This document shows, in pieces, positions 8,726-17,947 of a DNA stretch of 64,000 bases. How positions within the stretch are numbered: the stretch's first letter is position 1; each line of letters starts with the position of its first letter. Made by a program: the position numbers and the translations under genes. The stretch lies in assembly GCA_002309695.1 (NCBI GenBank), contig DBXV01000004.1, positions 36,458-100,457 on the forward strand, written 5' to 3'. The stretch is from Myxococcales bacterium UBA1203 (GTDB taxonomy: Bacteria; Myxococcota; Myxococcia; Myxococcales; UBA5297). A model generated the notes under the pieces. It made no database searches. It was given only the letters and a program-made list of their open reading frames with translations, and was not told where the DNA came from.

Positions 8726-9313
8726 GTGATTCGCTCAGTCAAAAATATCCCGCTTGCCGGACGGCGCGTGTTCATCCGCGCAGACTTCGACCTGCCTCTG
8801 GGCAAAAAAAGCGGCCTTCCCGAACGCAGAATCAACGAATCGCTGCCGACCATCCGCCTGGCGCTGGAACAGAAGGCCCGCGTCGTTGTCCTCACGCATC
8901 AGGGCAGCCTCAAAGCCAGCTGGAACCCGGCGCGGACCATTGAGCCCAGCGTTCAATACGTCGTCAGTCAGCTGGATACCGAGGCGCGCCTGGCGGACGA
9001 CTGCGCCGGAGATGCCGTGCGCAAGCTGCTGAGCGAGCTGGGTGAGGGGCAGCTGCTCTTTCTGGAAAATCTGGCCTGCCGTCCGGACGAGATTGAGGCC
9101 AGCCAGGATTACGCCGCGTTTCTGGCCAGATACTGCGACGTCTATGTGAACGAGGCCTTCGCTCAGGCCAACCGGCGGCTGACCTCGACCGTCCTTCTGC
9201 CCGCGCTGGTGAAGGACAGGTGCGCGGGCCTCCACTTCATGGAGGAGGCCGTTCGGCTGGACGCCGTGCGCTTCAAGCATCTGCCGGCGTGCGAGGCGCT
9301 GAACGAGAGCTGA
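8726..9313 (+). pseudogene. phosphoglycerate kinase N-terminal (substrate-binding) domain only: truncated or degenerate pgk-like ORF
   Basis: 195 aa, GTG start. RVFIRADFDLPLG, VVLTHQGSL and DVYVNEAFAQANRRLTS align by eye with PGK RVFVRVDFNVPL / SHLGRP / DVYVNDAFGTAHRAHAS. Conserved basic residues of the 3-PG site are substituted. The ORF stops after the N-domain and no ATP-binding C-domain follows. Sits in the classical gap-pgk position but downstream of a terminator. Confidence 0.5.
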
Positions 9314-9410
9314 AACGCCGCTTTGGACCTCGCGTTTCCCTCGCCGCCATCATCATCGCTCGCTGAGGCGAGCCATCCCGCTCGCAAAACCGAGCCAAAG
9401 GATTGCCGCG

Positions 9411-10385
9411 ATGCACGTCAGGAATTTCCTTTCCCGGGACAAAATTCATTTGCTGCTGGCCGCCGCCGCAGCCCTCCATCTCGCCGCCTGCACCTCGGAA
9501 CCTCCGCCGCCTCCCCCGCCTCCCCCGCCGCCTCCTGAGCAGGCCAAGCCGCCCGAGCCGCCGCCTCCCCCGCCCGTCACGCCGTCGCTGACCCCCGAAG
9601 ACGAAGCGCGCCTGCAGACGGTCAAAATTGAAATCCAGGGCTCGCTGGAGGGCTCGCTGCGCAAGGCGCTGGACCGGGAGGTGGCCATTCCTCTCTCGCA
9701 GGTGACGGCCCGCATGCTGGTCTGGTGGGTCAACGTGGCCCGCGACCTCCGCAAAGGCGATGTGCTGACCATCGCCTACGAGGTGCAGAAGGGAAAAGAG
9801 CCCCTCCTCCACGCCGTGCGCTTCAACTCGGAAAAGGCCGGCAAGACCTTCCGCGCCTATCGCTTCAAGCCCGCGGGCCAGCCCTTCGCGCACTACTACG
9901 ACGAGACGGGGACCGAGATTGAGCAGACGCTGGTGGACAGCCCCATCGACGACTACGACCAGATCACGAGCATTCTGAAGGACGGCCGCAATCACAAAGG
10001 CGTCGATTTCCGCGCTCCCTCGGGCACGCCGGTGAAGATGCCTTTCAACGGCACGCTGGTGCGCAAGAACTGGAAGTTCACCGGCAACGGCAACTGCCTC
10101 GAATTTAAGGACCCCAAGGGACGCCGCATCATCTTCCTGCACCTGGAGGAGCTGCCCGAGGACCTCAAGGTCGGGCGCCAGTTCAAGAAGAGCGACGTGG
10201 TGGCCAAATCGGGCAACAGCGGCCGCTCATTCGCGCCCCACCTTCACTACCAGCTGGAAGACGCCAAGGGCCGGGTGCTGGACCCGTTCGAGGTCCACGA
10301 GACCTACCGCAAGACGATTCCCGCGGCGTCCAAGGCCTCCTTTGAGCTCACGGTCCTTCGCTACAACGAGCTGATGGACAAGTGA
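9411..10385 (+). CDS. M23 family metallopeptidase lipoprotein with poly-Pro linker
   Basis: Lipobox LAAC after a hydrophobic leader; PPPPPPPPPPPP...PPEPPPPPP linker; M23 motifs HKGVDF (HxxxD) and SFAPHLHYQL (HxH). Confidence 0.85.
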   Translation: MHVRNFLSRDKIHLLLAAAAALHLAACTSEPPPPPPPPPPPPEQAKPPEPPPPPPVTPSLTPEDEARLQTVKIEIQGSLEGSLRKALDREVAIPLSQVTARMLVWWVNVARDLRKGDVLTIAYEVQKGKEPLLHAVRFNSEKAGKTFRAYRFKPAGQPFAHYYDETGTEIEQTLVDSPIDDYDQITSILKDGRNHKGVDFRAPSGTPVKMPFNGTLVRKNWKFTGNGNCLEFKDPKGRRIIFLHLEELPEDLKVGRQFKKSDVVAKSGNSGRSFAPHLHYQLEDAKGRVLDPFEVHETYRKTIPAASKASFELTVLRYNELMDK

Positions 10386-10454
10386 GTTTCCAGAGGCAGC
10401 CGGCCTTTCGCGAGGGCCATTCACGCGAACGCAGTGACTGAGGAGACAAACGCC

Positions 10455-11651
10455 ATGACCCGCTGCACGCAATTTGGCCGGGTTCGCTTCGGCATCGACG
10501 TCCTGAGGGCGGACAATTTCCGGGCGCTCAAAGGGCTGAAAGTGGGTGCCATCTGCAACATCACCAGCGTGGACGGCGCCTTTGACCACCTGGCCGACCT
10601 CCTGATGGAAGCCGACGGCGTGACGCTGGGCGCGCTCTTCGGGCCGGAACACGGCGTGCGCGGCGAGGCGCAGGACATGATCGGCGTCTCCCACGCGCCC
10701 GACCCGGTGACGAAAATCCCAACGCACTCGCTCTACGGCGCGACCTTCGACTCGCTCTCGCCGACGCCGGAATCGCTCGACGGCCTCGACGCGCTCGTCT
10801 TCGACATCCAGGATGTGGGGAGCCGCTACTACACCTACGTCTATACGATGGCGCTCGCGATGAAGGCCGCCGCCCAAAAAGGCCTCGCCTTCTTCGTCCT
10901 CGACCGGCCCAACCCCATCAACGGCGTCACGCTCGAAGGGAACATCGTCCATCCCGGCTTTGAGTCGTTCGTCGGTCTCTATCCCCTGCCCAACCGCCAC
11001 GGCATGACGGCGGGCGAGCTCGCGCGTTACTTCAACGAGGTTCACGGCATCGGCTGCGACCTCCGCGTCATCGGCTGCGAGGGCTGGAAGCGCACGATGT
11101 GGTGGGAGGACACGGGGCGCGCCTTCATTCCGCCTTCGCCCAACATGCCCACTGTGGACACCGCCGTGGTCTATCCGGGCCTCTGCTTCATCGAGGGAAC
11201 GAACATGTCCGAGGGGCGCGGCACGACGAAGCCCTTCGAGTGGATTGGCGCGCCTTTCCTCGATCCTGTGGCCTTCACACATGCGCTGGAGGCCGAAGAC
11301 CTGCCCGGCGTCGCCTTCCGCGCAACCTCCTTCCGACCCACCTTCCAGAAGCACGCGGGCAAGAGCTGCGGCGGCGCCATGATTCACGTCACCGACCGGA
11401 ATTCATTTCTGCCCGTGCGCACCGGCATCGCGATTTTGAGGGCCGCGCGGGCGGTCGGCGGCGAGGCGTTTCAGTGGCGCACCGAAAAATACGAATTCAT
11501 CGACGACAAGCCCGCCATCGACCTCCTCACCGGCACGGACACGGTCCGCAAAGCCATCGACGCGGGAAAGAGCCTCGATGCGTGCATGGCGGGGTTTGAT
11601 GATGAATTGAATACATTCAAAAAAGTCAGGGAAAGGTTTTTGGGGGATTAA
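10455..11651 (+). CDS. DUF1343 family protein (exo-beta-N-acetylmuramidase NamZ-like)
   Basis: The track ORF starts at GTG 10434. I prefer ATG 10455 (MTRCTQFG), which has a GAGGAG RBS. FGIDVLRADNFRALKGLKVGAICNITSVDG matches the DUF1343/NamZ N-terminus. Full length ~400 aa as in that family. Confidence 0.8.
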   Translation: MTRCTQFGRVRFGIDVLRADNFRALKGLKVGAICNITSVDGAFDHLADLLMEADGVTLGALFGPEHGVRGEAQDMIGVSHAPDPVTKIPTHSLYGATFDSLSPTPESLDGLDALVFDIQDVGSRYYTYVYTMALAMKAAAQKGLAFFVLDRPNPINGVTLEGNIVHPGFESFVGLYPLPNRHGMTAGELARYFNEVHGIGCDLRVIGCEGWKRTMWWEDTGRAFIPPSPNMPTVDTAVVYPGLCFIEGTNMSEGRGTTKPFEWIGAPFLDPVAFTHALEAEDLPGVAFRATSFRPTFQKHAGKSCGGAMIHVTDRNSFLPVRTGIAILRAARAVGGEAFQWRTEKYEFIDDKPAIDLLTGTDTVRKAIDAGKSLDACMAGFDDELNTFKKVRERFLGD

Positions 11652-11692
11652 TCAGCATGCATTCAAGCCAAACCTGACAGAATAGATCGAAT

Positions 11693-11732
11693 CCCAAATC
11701 CCCGCAGAGTCCCTTCTGCGGGGATTTTTTTA
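11693..11732 (+). terminator. rho-independent terminator for the DUF1343 gene
   Basis: atccccgcagagtcccttctgcggggattttttt. Confidence 0.7.
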
Positions 11733-11748
11733 TATTCGTCGGCAGTCT

Positions 11749-11796
11749 GAAAATAAAAAAGCGGGCCGATAATCTCGCATGAGACCACCGGCCCGC
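11749..11796 (-). terminator. rho-independent terminator for giant gene A
   Basis: Minus strand: cgggccggtggtctcatgcgagattatcggcccgc followed by ttttttatttt. Confidence 0.65.
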
Positions 11797-11833
11797 TGGG
11801 CATTTTGTTCTGTTATTTCAGCAAGTTAGAAAA

Positions 11834-14800
11834 TTACTGCTCGTAAATCTTCACCTCCACTGGTCCGGCGCCAGTTGTTCGTGTGCCATTGGTAGTGGCG
11901 ACAATGGTCAGAGTCTGACCTGGGCTCATTGTATAGCGAATACAGGAATGATGGCTGCCCTGATAACGCGAATAGCAGGTGGAGTCGCTGCCGTTGTCGT
12001 TGCTAGTATAAGTACTTAATCCACCATATCCTCTCGGCCGGAATGGCGCTGGAACCAAATATAAATAGCCATCAATACCGCTCTGGAACAAAGCCTCGAA
12101 TATCAGTCGCTTGGATGTATCCGAGTCATTGGTAATGGTATAGGCTTTATATGGATATGTATAATTATTGTTATAATATGGTGTGGTAGAAGATCCTCTG
12201 TTCATAAAATAAGGCGATCCGGAGGAGTTATAGGCACCTCCCACCGTATTATCATCGGAATAGTCAGATAATGCGACTGGATAATACGTATCGCTGTCCA
12301 GTCGAATGACCGTATCCGGACAGGTTTCCAGCGTATCACCTACGCCGTCACCGCACGGTGATTCTGCGCAAACAGAAGGCTGCACAATGGAGCAAACATA
12401 CCCGTCCTCCACCTGGCAGTTATCATTACAGCCGTCACCATTGTCCGTATTATAGTCATCACATTGTTCGCCACTAAACATCCTGCCATCACCACAGGGA
12501 TTGCACAGCGAATAATAAACATTTCCATAAGCCTGTCGTCCTAATGAATCTCTGGGTCCCCAGACTGTATTTCCATAGTAAGAATTTGCGCAGTGATACC
12601 CATATTCCACTGTGCAGGAAGAAGAGCAGCCATCATCATCGTAGGTATTGCCGTCATCGCATCCCTCGCCATTGGAATAAATTCTGTCACCGCAGGTGAT
12701 GGGATAACAAATACTTCCGTGCAAATAATGACGCTCGTAACTGATATTATAATACTGCGAAGAAACACACTGCCAGCCGCTCTCCACACCACACGTCGAG
12801 CTGCATCCATCTCCGTCATCTAAGTTTCCGTCGTCGCAGCTTTCATTGTTGCCGCCGGTATAGCCATTACCGCAGACATATTTCGCACATTGTTCCCTGC
12901 ATGTCCCATAAGAACAGGTATAAGTACAATACCCATTCTCCGGCTGGCAGGAGCTGCTGCATCCATCTCCGTCCTCTAAGTTGCCGTCATCACAAGATTC
13001 ATTGCCTGTACGCAATCCGTTTCCGCACCCGGACTTAAAGAGATGCAATGCGCTCTTTCCCGTTTGATTTGTATAATAAGATGTAACAACAATGTATGCT
13101 GTTTCTCCAACGCCAATAACTTTTTCTTTCAGGCTGTTATGATAACCATAATAATAATTAACAGATTGGCTGTTCGAACAGGATGACGAAGGGAACGATC
13201 CTCGATAATAATACATCGAGTAATAATTATAGTAATTGCTCGTAAGCAGCGCATCCAGCTTCTGCTCAGTGCCTGTTTCATTCACGATAGCATAAACATT
13301 ATAATAATAACTTCCTCCTGACAGAGTATTGGAGCAGGTGCGATCCCACCGCCGACTGTCTGTTGTCAGCCTGTCATAAACAATTAAATCCAGGCTGGAA
13401 CCGTCTTTCCACCGATAGGCACAGGAAGAGGTGCAGTTGGAGGACTCCGTTCCATTCAAAGCACCGTCGTCGCACGTCTCGCCGGGGTCCTGAATGCCGT
13501 CGCCGCAGGTGATTCGGCCATTGCGGGTGCAGCTGGAGGTGCAGAGGTCGCCGCCATTGTCTTCCCCCTCGTCGCATTCCTCTCTGGCGTCCCGGATTCC
13601 GTCGCCGCAAATCATGGATGTGCAGTCGAGGCGGCATGTGGCTTCGGGGCTAAATCCATTAGCTGTTCCCTGGTCACACTCCTCGCCGGACTCGCGGTAG
13701 TTGTTGCCGCAATACGCCTCCGTCTGCCCGTCGCAGGTCTTATTGCAGTAGCCGCGGATGCCATTGAAGATGCCGTCGTCGCAGATTTCTCCCTCGTCTT
13801 CGTCCACGCGTCCGTCGCCGCAGACAGGGCCAGTCCCCTTACAGCCGGGGAGGCAGTGGCCATAAGTGCCGTCGTTCACGCCATCGTCGCAGTATTCGCC
13901 GTAATTTCGATCCATGAGGCCATCGCCGCAGCTGGGCAGCTTGCAGTTGGGACGGCAGCGGTTGGGCAGCATCATGTTGTATTCAGTGCCCTCATCGCAT
14001 TCCTCGCCGTTCAGACGCGAAATCATGCCGTCGCCGCAGAAGGCGCCGTATTCGCGGCAGTGGTAGCACTTCTTCTCGCCCTCGCTCGCGGCATAGCGGC
14101 CCGTGTTGACGCCGTCGTCGCACACTTCGCCCTCATCCAGCTCGCCGTCGCCGCAGTAGCTGCCATAGCCCCGGCACTCCAGGCACTTGGGCTGACCGCC
14201 GAAGCCGACATAGGCGCCGGTATTGACGCCGTCGTCGCAGACCTCGTCCGCGTCTTTGATGGCGTCGCCGCAGCCGGAGAGGCGGCAGTTCGTCCGGCAG
14301 ACCTGTTCCGTAGCACCGGCAGCCAGAGGAGCATCCGTGTTGCGGGCGCCATCGTCGCACTCCTCGCCCTCGTCCAGGATGCCGTCGCCGCAGGACACCA
14401 GGTGGCATTCGCTCGCGCCGGTGGAAGCGTTCACCGTGCATTTCCAGCCGTCCATCTGATGGCAGCTTGTGTCACATCCTTGGGTTCCGTCCGGTGTGCC
14501 AAAGTTCTCGATACTGCCGAAGTCGCAGTCCTCACCGCTGTCCACCACGCCGTCGCCGCAGCGGGCAGGGGTGCAGTTGGTGCGGCAGGTCAGGCCAATC
14601 ACGCCGCCGAAATCGCTGTTGGACTGGCCGTTGTCGCAGCGCTCGCCGTCGGTCGTCGCGCCGTCGCCGCAGTAGGGGCCCCAGCCGGTGCAGGCCAGGC
14701 AGCGGACTTCACGCGCATTGGCCGCCCAGCGCCGCGAGTTGTCGCCGTCGTCACAGACTTCGCCGTCGTTGACCACGTTGTCGCCGCACCACGGCAGGCG

Positions 14801-17800
14801 GCAGTTGAGGCGGCACTTGTGCGCGGCGGTGGAGCCGTTGCCGGCCGAATAGAGATAGGGGTTGGTGATGAGGCCCGCGGTTCCAAGGTCGCATTCCTCG
14901 CCCTCGTCCAGATAGCCGTCGCCGCAGGTGATTTGCCGACAGGCAGAGACGCCGCCCATATCCCAGCGGCACATCCAGCCTTCGGCCACGGAGCAGTCGG
15001 CCATGCAGCCGTCCGAGCCGTCCAGCGGCAGCTCATTCTCCAGCGAGCCCGTGTCGCACAGTTCGCCGTCGTCCTTCACGCCGTCGCCGCAGCGGGTGTT
15101 CATGCAGTTGGCGCGGCACCTGGCGTTGGGCAGGTTGGAATTGCCCGAGACGTAGCGTCCCTGAGCGTCCAGAACTTCCGGCCCATCGTCGCAGGACTCA
15201 CCCTCATCGACGATGCCGTCGCCGCACGTGGCCAGAATGCAGGTGGTCCGGCACAGAGAGCCCTCCTGGCCCGGCTCGTCGCTGTTCTGCTCACCCAGAT
15301 CGCACTCTTCGCCGTTGTCCACGACGCCGTCGCCGCAGCGTCCCGGCGTGCAGTCCAGACGGCAGGTGGCATTCGGTTTTTCAGAGTTGCCCGAGACGTA
15401 ATTGCCTCTCGCATCGGTGATTTCCGGGCCGTCGTCGCACTCCTCGTTCTGGTCCCGCGTGCCGTCGCCGCACCGGCGGGCAGTGCAGTCCGTCCGGCAG
15501 GGCACATCGGGGCCATTGCCGTTGGCAGTGCCGTTGTCGCAGCTCTCATTCGGGTCCTGAATGCCGTCGCCGCAGCGGGCGGGCGTGCAGTCTTTGCGGC
15601 AGGACGCGCCCGATTCATTGCTGTTGGCGTCTCCCTCGTCGCAGGTCTCGCCGTCATCCACCACGCCGTCGCCGCAGCTCGCCAGACGGCAGGTTTCGGG
15701 ACGGCAGGTCTCGCCGTGAATGCCGGCCAGAGCGCTGTTGGCGTCGCCCAAATCGCACTCTTCGCCGCTGTCCTTCACGCCGTCGCCGCAGCGCCGCGCG
15801 CGGCAGTTGGTCCGGCAGGGCGCATCCGGCGCTTCGCTGTTGGCCTCGCCCTGATCACACTCCTCGTTCCCCGTGACTTTGCCGTCGCCGCACGAGAGGA
15901 ACTTGCAGGCTTCTCCGCATTCAGCGCCGTCAGTGCCGTTGAGCGCGCCCAGGTCGCACGCCTCGCTCGAATCCACCACGCCGTCGCCGCAGCTGGGCAG
16001 CGCGCAGTTCGTCCGGCAGGCATCCGCCGCCGTGTCGCTGTTGGCATCCCCGTTGTCGCAGGCCTCGCGCCGGTCCTTCACGCCGTCGCCGCACCGGGGC
16101 TTTTGACAGTCAGGACGGCAGGGCGCGTCGGGAAGCAGGCTGTTGCCTTCGGCCGCGTCGCAGGCCTCGCCCTCATCGACAAAACCATCGCCGCATCTGG
16201 GAGCCGTGCAGTCCACGTGGCAGGCGTTCGCGGTCTGGCTGTTGTTCTGGCCGTCGTCGCACTGCTCGCCCTCGTCCTTCACGCCGTCGCCGCACGTGGG
16301 CAGCGCACAGTTCGTGCGGCAGGCATCCGCCGTCGTGTCGCTGTTGTCTCCGCCCTCGTCGCACTGCTCGCCGTCATCTGTCACGCCGTCGCCGCAGCGC
16401 CTGAGCGAACAATCCAGCCGGCACTCCGCATTGGGCGCGTCGCTGTTGGCATCCCCCAGGTCACAGGACTCATCCGCGTCTTTCACGCCGTCGCCGCAGC
16501 GGCGGGGCGTGCAGTCCGTCCGGCACTCCGCGTTGGGCGCATCGCTGTTCTGCTCGCCAAGATCGCAGGATTCGCCGTCATCGACGATGCCGTCACCGCA
16601 CCGCTGGGCTGTGCAGTCCGTCCGGCAGAGGGCATCCGGCTCGTCGCTGTTCTGCAAGCCCAAGTCGCACGTCTCGCCCTCGTCCTTCACGCCGTCGCCG
16701 CACCGCTGAGCGGTGCAGTCCGACCGGCAGGGAACATCGGGCAGGTCAGCATTGCCGGAAACATACGCGCCCTCGTCATCGGCCACATACGCCCCCAGAT
16801 CGCAGGCCTCGCCCTCATCGGTCACGCCGTCGCCGCAATGGGCAGGCGTGCAGTCCGTCCGGCAGGCATTGGCCTCTGTGTCACTGTTCTGCTCGCCCAG
16901 GTCGCAGATCTCGCCGTCATCGACCACGCCGTCGCCGCACCGCTTCACCCGGCAGTCCGGGCGGCAGCGCGCGTCGGGCAGAAGGCTGTTGCCTGACACC
17001 AGCGCGCCGGTGGCCTCGTCAAAAACTTCGGGACCCTCGTCGCAGGCTTCCTCAAAGGCCGTCTCAAAGGCCTCGCCGTTGTCCACAACGCCGTCACCGC
17101 ATCTGGGCAGCGTGCAGTTCGTCCGGCAGGTCAGAGGATCTGTGTCGCTGTTGGCATTTCCCTCATCGCACTGCTCGATGGAGTTCTTCACGCCGTCGCC
17201 GCAGGCCGCGGGAACACAGTTGGGACGGCAGACGGCCTCATCCGCCGCACTGTTGCCCGAGACCCACTCGCCCGCGTCATTCAGAACCTCGGCGCCCTGG
17301 TCACAGCCCTCGTCCGCGTCCTTCACGCCGTCGCCGCACTTGGGCAGCGCGCAGTTCGTCCGGCAGGCGTCCGCCTCTGTGTCGCTGTTCGCCGCGCCGT
17401 TGTCGCAGGCCTCGCCCTCATCCACGACGCTGTCGCCGCACCGTTTCAGCGTGCAGTCTGTCCGGCATTCCGCGTTGGGTTCGTCCGAATTCGCCTCGCC
17501 CAGATCGCAGGCTTCTTCGGAATCGCGCACGCCGTCGCCGCACCGGGGCAGGCCGCAATTTGTCCGACATTTAGCACCCGCGGCATCCGAATTGGCGCCG
17601 CCGAGGTCACAAGCCTCACCTTCATCTACAACACCGTCACCACAGCGCCTGAGTGTGCAGTCCGTCCGGCATTCCGCATTGGGCTCATTGGAATTTTGTT
17701 CACCCAAATCGCACTGCTCGCCGTCGTCCAAGGTTCCGTTGCCGCAGAGAATGTTCACGGGGACAGAGGCGTCCTCTTCTTTCTCTTTGCTGCTTTCATT

Positions 17801-17947
17801 GCAGCCGGGCAGAGCGCAGGCAGCGGCCAGAGAAACAGCCATGACCAATGATGAAATTCTTCCTCGAAATACAAAACGTCCGACAGAGGAAAGAATACCG
17901 GCATTATTTATAGATTTCATTGTCGTCATATCCGTTCTCCTTTCCAT
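11834..17947 (-). CDS. giant (2037 aa) secreted lipoprotein: ~34 tandem Myxococcus-type cysteine-rich repeats (TIGR02232-like, CGDG..D.GE.CD.G) plus a ~530-aa Tyr/Asn/Ser-rich C-terminal beta region
   Basis: Single uninterrupted ORF. N-terminal signal/lipobox (MKSINNAGILSSVGRFVFRGRISSLVMAVSLAAACALPGC). aa ~60-1505 are repeats of the form C(G/R)DG(V/I)xDxGExCDxGxxNS...CRTxCxLP(R/K). The CAYRW transition at nt ~13425 leads into a beta-rich region with four CGNG..E.CDDGN..DGDGCS..C..E.G modules. ATG 17947..17945 overlaps the stop of gene B. Confidence 0.85.
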   Translation of the reverse strand: MERRTDMTTMKSINNAGILSSVGRFVFRGRISSLVMAVSLAAACALPGCNESSKEKEEDASVPVNILCGNGTLDDGEQCDLGEQNSNEPNAECRTDCTLRRCGDGVVDEGEACDLGGANSDAAGAKCRTNCGLPRCGDGVRDSEEACDLGEANSDEPNAECRTDCTLKRCGDSVVDEGEACDNGAANSDTEADACRTNCALPKCGDGVKDADEGCDQGAEVLNDAGEWVSGNSAADEAVCRPNCVPAACGDGVKNSIEQCDEGNANSDTDPLTCRTNCTLPRCGDGVVDNGEAFETAFEEACDEGPEVFDEATGALVSGNSLLPDARCRPDCRVKRCGDGVVDDGEICDLGEQNSDTEANACRTDCTPAHCGDGVTDEGEACDLGAYVADDEGAYVSGNADLPDVPCRSDCTAQRCGDGVKDEGETCDLGLQNSDEPDALCRTDCTAQRCGDGIVDDGESCDLGEQNSDAPNAECRTDCTPRRCGDGVKDADESCDLGDANSDAPNAECRLDCSLRRCGDGVTDDGEQCDEGGDNSDTTADACRTNCALPTCGDGVKDEGEQCDDGQNNSQTANACHVDCTAPRCGDGFVDEGEACDAAEGNSLLPDAPCRPDCQKPRCGDGVKDRREACDNGDANSDTAADACRTNCALPSCGDGVVDSSEACDLGALNGTDGAECGEACKFLSCGDGKVTGNEECDQGEANSEAPDAPCRTNCRARRCGDGVKDSGEECDLGDANSALAGIHGETCRPETCRLASCGDGVVDDGETCDEGDANSNESGASCRKDCTPARCGDGIQDPNESCDNGTANGNGPDVPCRTDCTARRCGDGTRDQNEECDDGPEITDARGNYVSGNSEKPNATCRLDCTPGRCGDGVVDNGEECDLGEQNSDEPGQEGSLCRTTCILATCGDGIVDEGESCDDGPEVLDAQGRYVSGNSNLPNARCRANCMNTRCGDGVKDDGELCDTGSLENELPLDGSDGCMADCSVAEGWMCRWDMGGVSACRQITCGDGYLDEGEECDLGTAGLITNPYLYSAGNGSTAAHKCRLNCRLPWCGDNVVNDGEVCDDGDNSRRWAANAREVRCLACTGWGPYCGDGATTDGERCDNGQSNSDFGGVIGLTCRTNCTPARCGDGVVDSGEDCDFGSIENFGTPDGTQGCDTSCHQMDGWKCTVNASTGASECHLVSCGDGILDEGEECDDGARNTDAPLAAGATEQVCRTNCRLSGCGDAIKDADEVCDDGVNTGAYVGFGGQPKCLECRGYGSYCGDGELDEGEVCDDGVNTGRYAASEGEKKCYHCREYGAFCGDGMISRLNGEECDEGTEYNMMLPNRCRPNCKLPSCGDGLMDRNYGEYCDDGVNDGTYGHCLPGCKGTGPVCGDGRVDEDEGEICDDGIFNGIRGYCNKTCDGQTEAYCGNNYRESGEECDQGTANGFSPEATCRLDCTSMICGDGIRDAREECDEGEDNGGDLCTSSCTRNGRITCGDGIQDPGETCDDGALNGTESSNCTSSCAYRWKDGSSLDLIVYDRLTTDSRRWDRTCSNTLSGGSYYYNVYAIVNETGTEQKLDALLTSNYYNYYSMYYYRGSFPSSSCSNSQSVNYYYGYHNSLKEKVIGVGETAYIVVTSYYTNQTGKSALHLFKSGCGNGLRTGNESCDDGNLEDGDGCSSSCQPENGYCTYTCSYGTCREQCAKYVCGNGYTGGNNESCDDGNLDDGDGCSSTCGVESGWQCVSSQYYNISYERHYLHGSICYPITCGDRIYSNGEGCDDGNTYDDDGCSSSCTVEYGYHCANSYYGNTVWGPRDSLGRQAYGNVYYSLCNPCGDGRMFSGEQCDDYNTDNGDGCNDNCQVEDGYVCSIVQPSVCAESPCGDGVGDTLETCPDTVIRLDSDTYYPVALSDYSDDNTVGGAYNSSGSPYFMNRGSSTTPYYNNNYTYPYKAYTITNDSDTSKRLIFEALFQSGIDGYLYLVPAPFRPRGYGGLSTYTSNDNGSDSTCYSRYQGSHHSCIRYTMSPGQTLTIVATTNGTRTTGAGPVEVKIYEQ
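13425..17770 (-). repeat. coding tandem repeat array (~34 copies x ~126 nt) inside giant gene A
   Basis: Periodic CGDG/CDDG-encoding units visible across the whole interval at both DNA and protein level. Boundaries estimated by residue counting. Confidence 0.7.

Noticed and set aside
13856-16996. 1046-aa plus-strand ORF (Ala/Val-rich AVAA repeats) opposite giant gene A, and the similar 20422..24357 portion of a 1606-aa plus-strand ORF opposite gene B
   Set aside because: Antisense shadow of GC-rich repetitive coding DNA. The translation is low-complexity A/V/G/R with no start context. The sense strand encodes a coherent Cys-rich repeat protein with signal peptide. Only the 24358..25242 tail of the second ORF is a real gene (BI-1).
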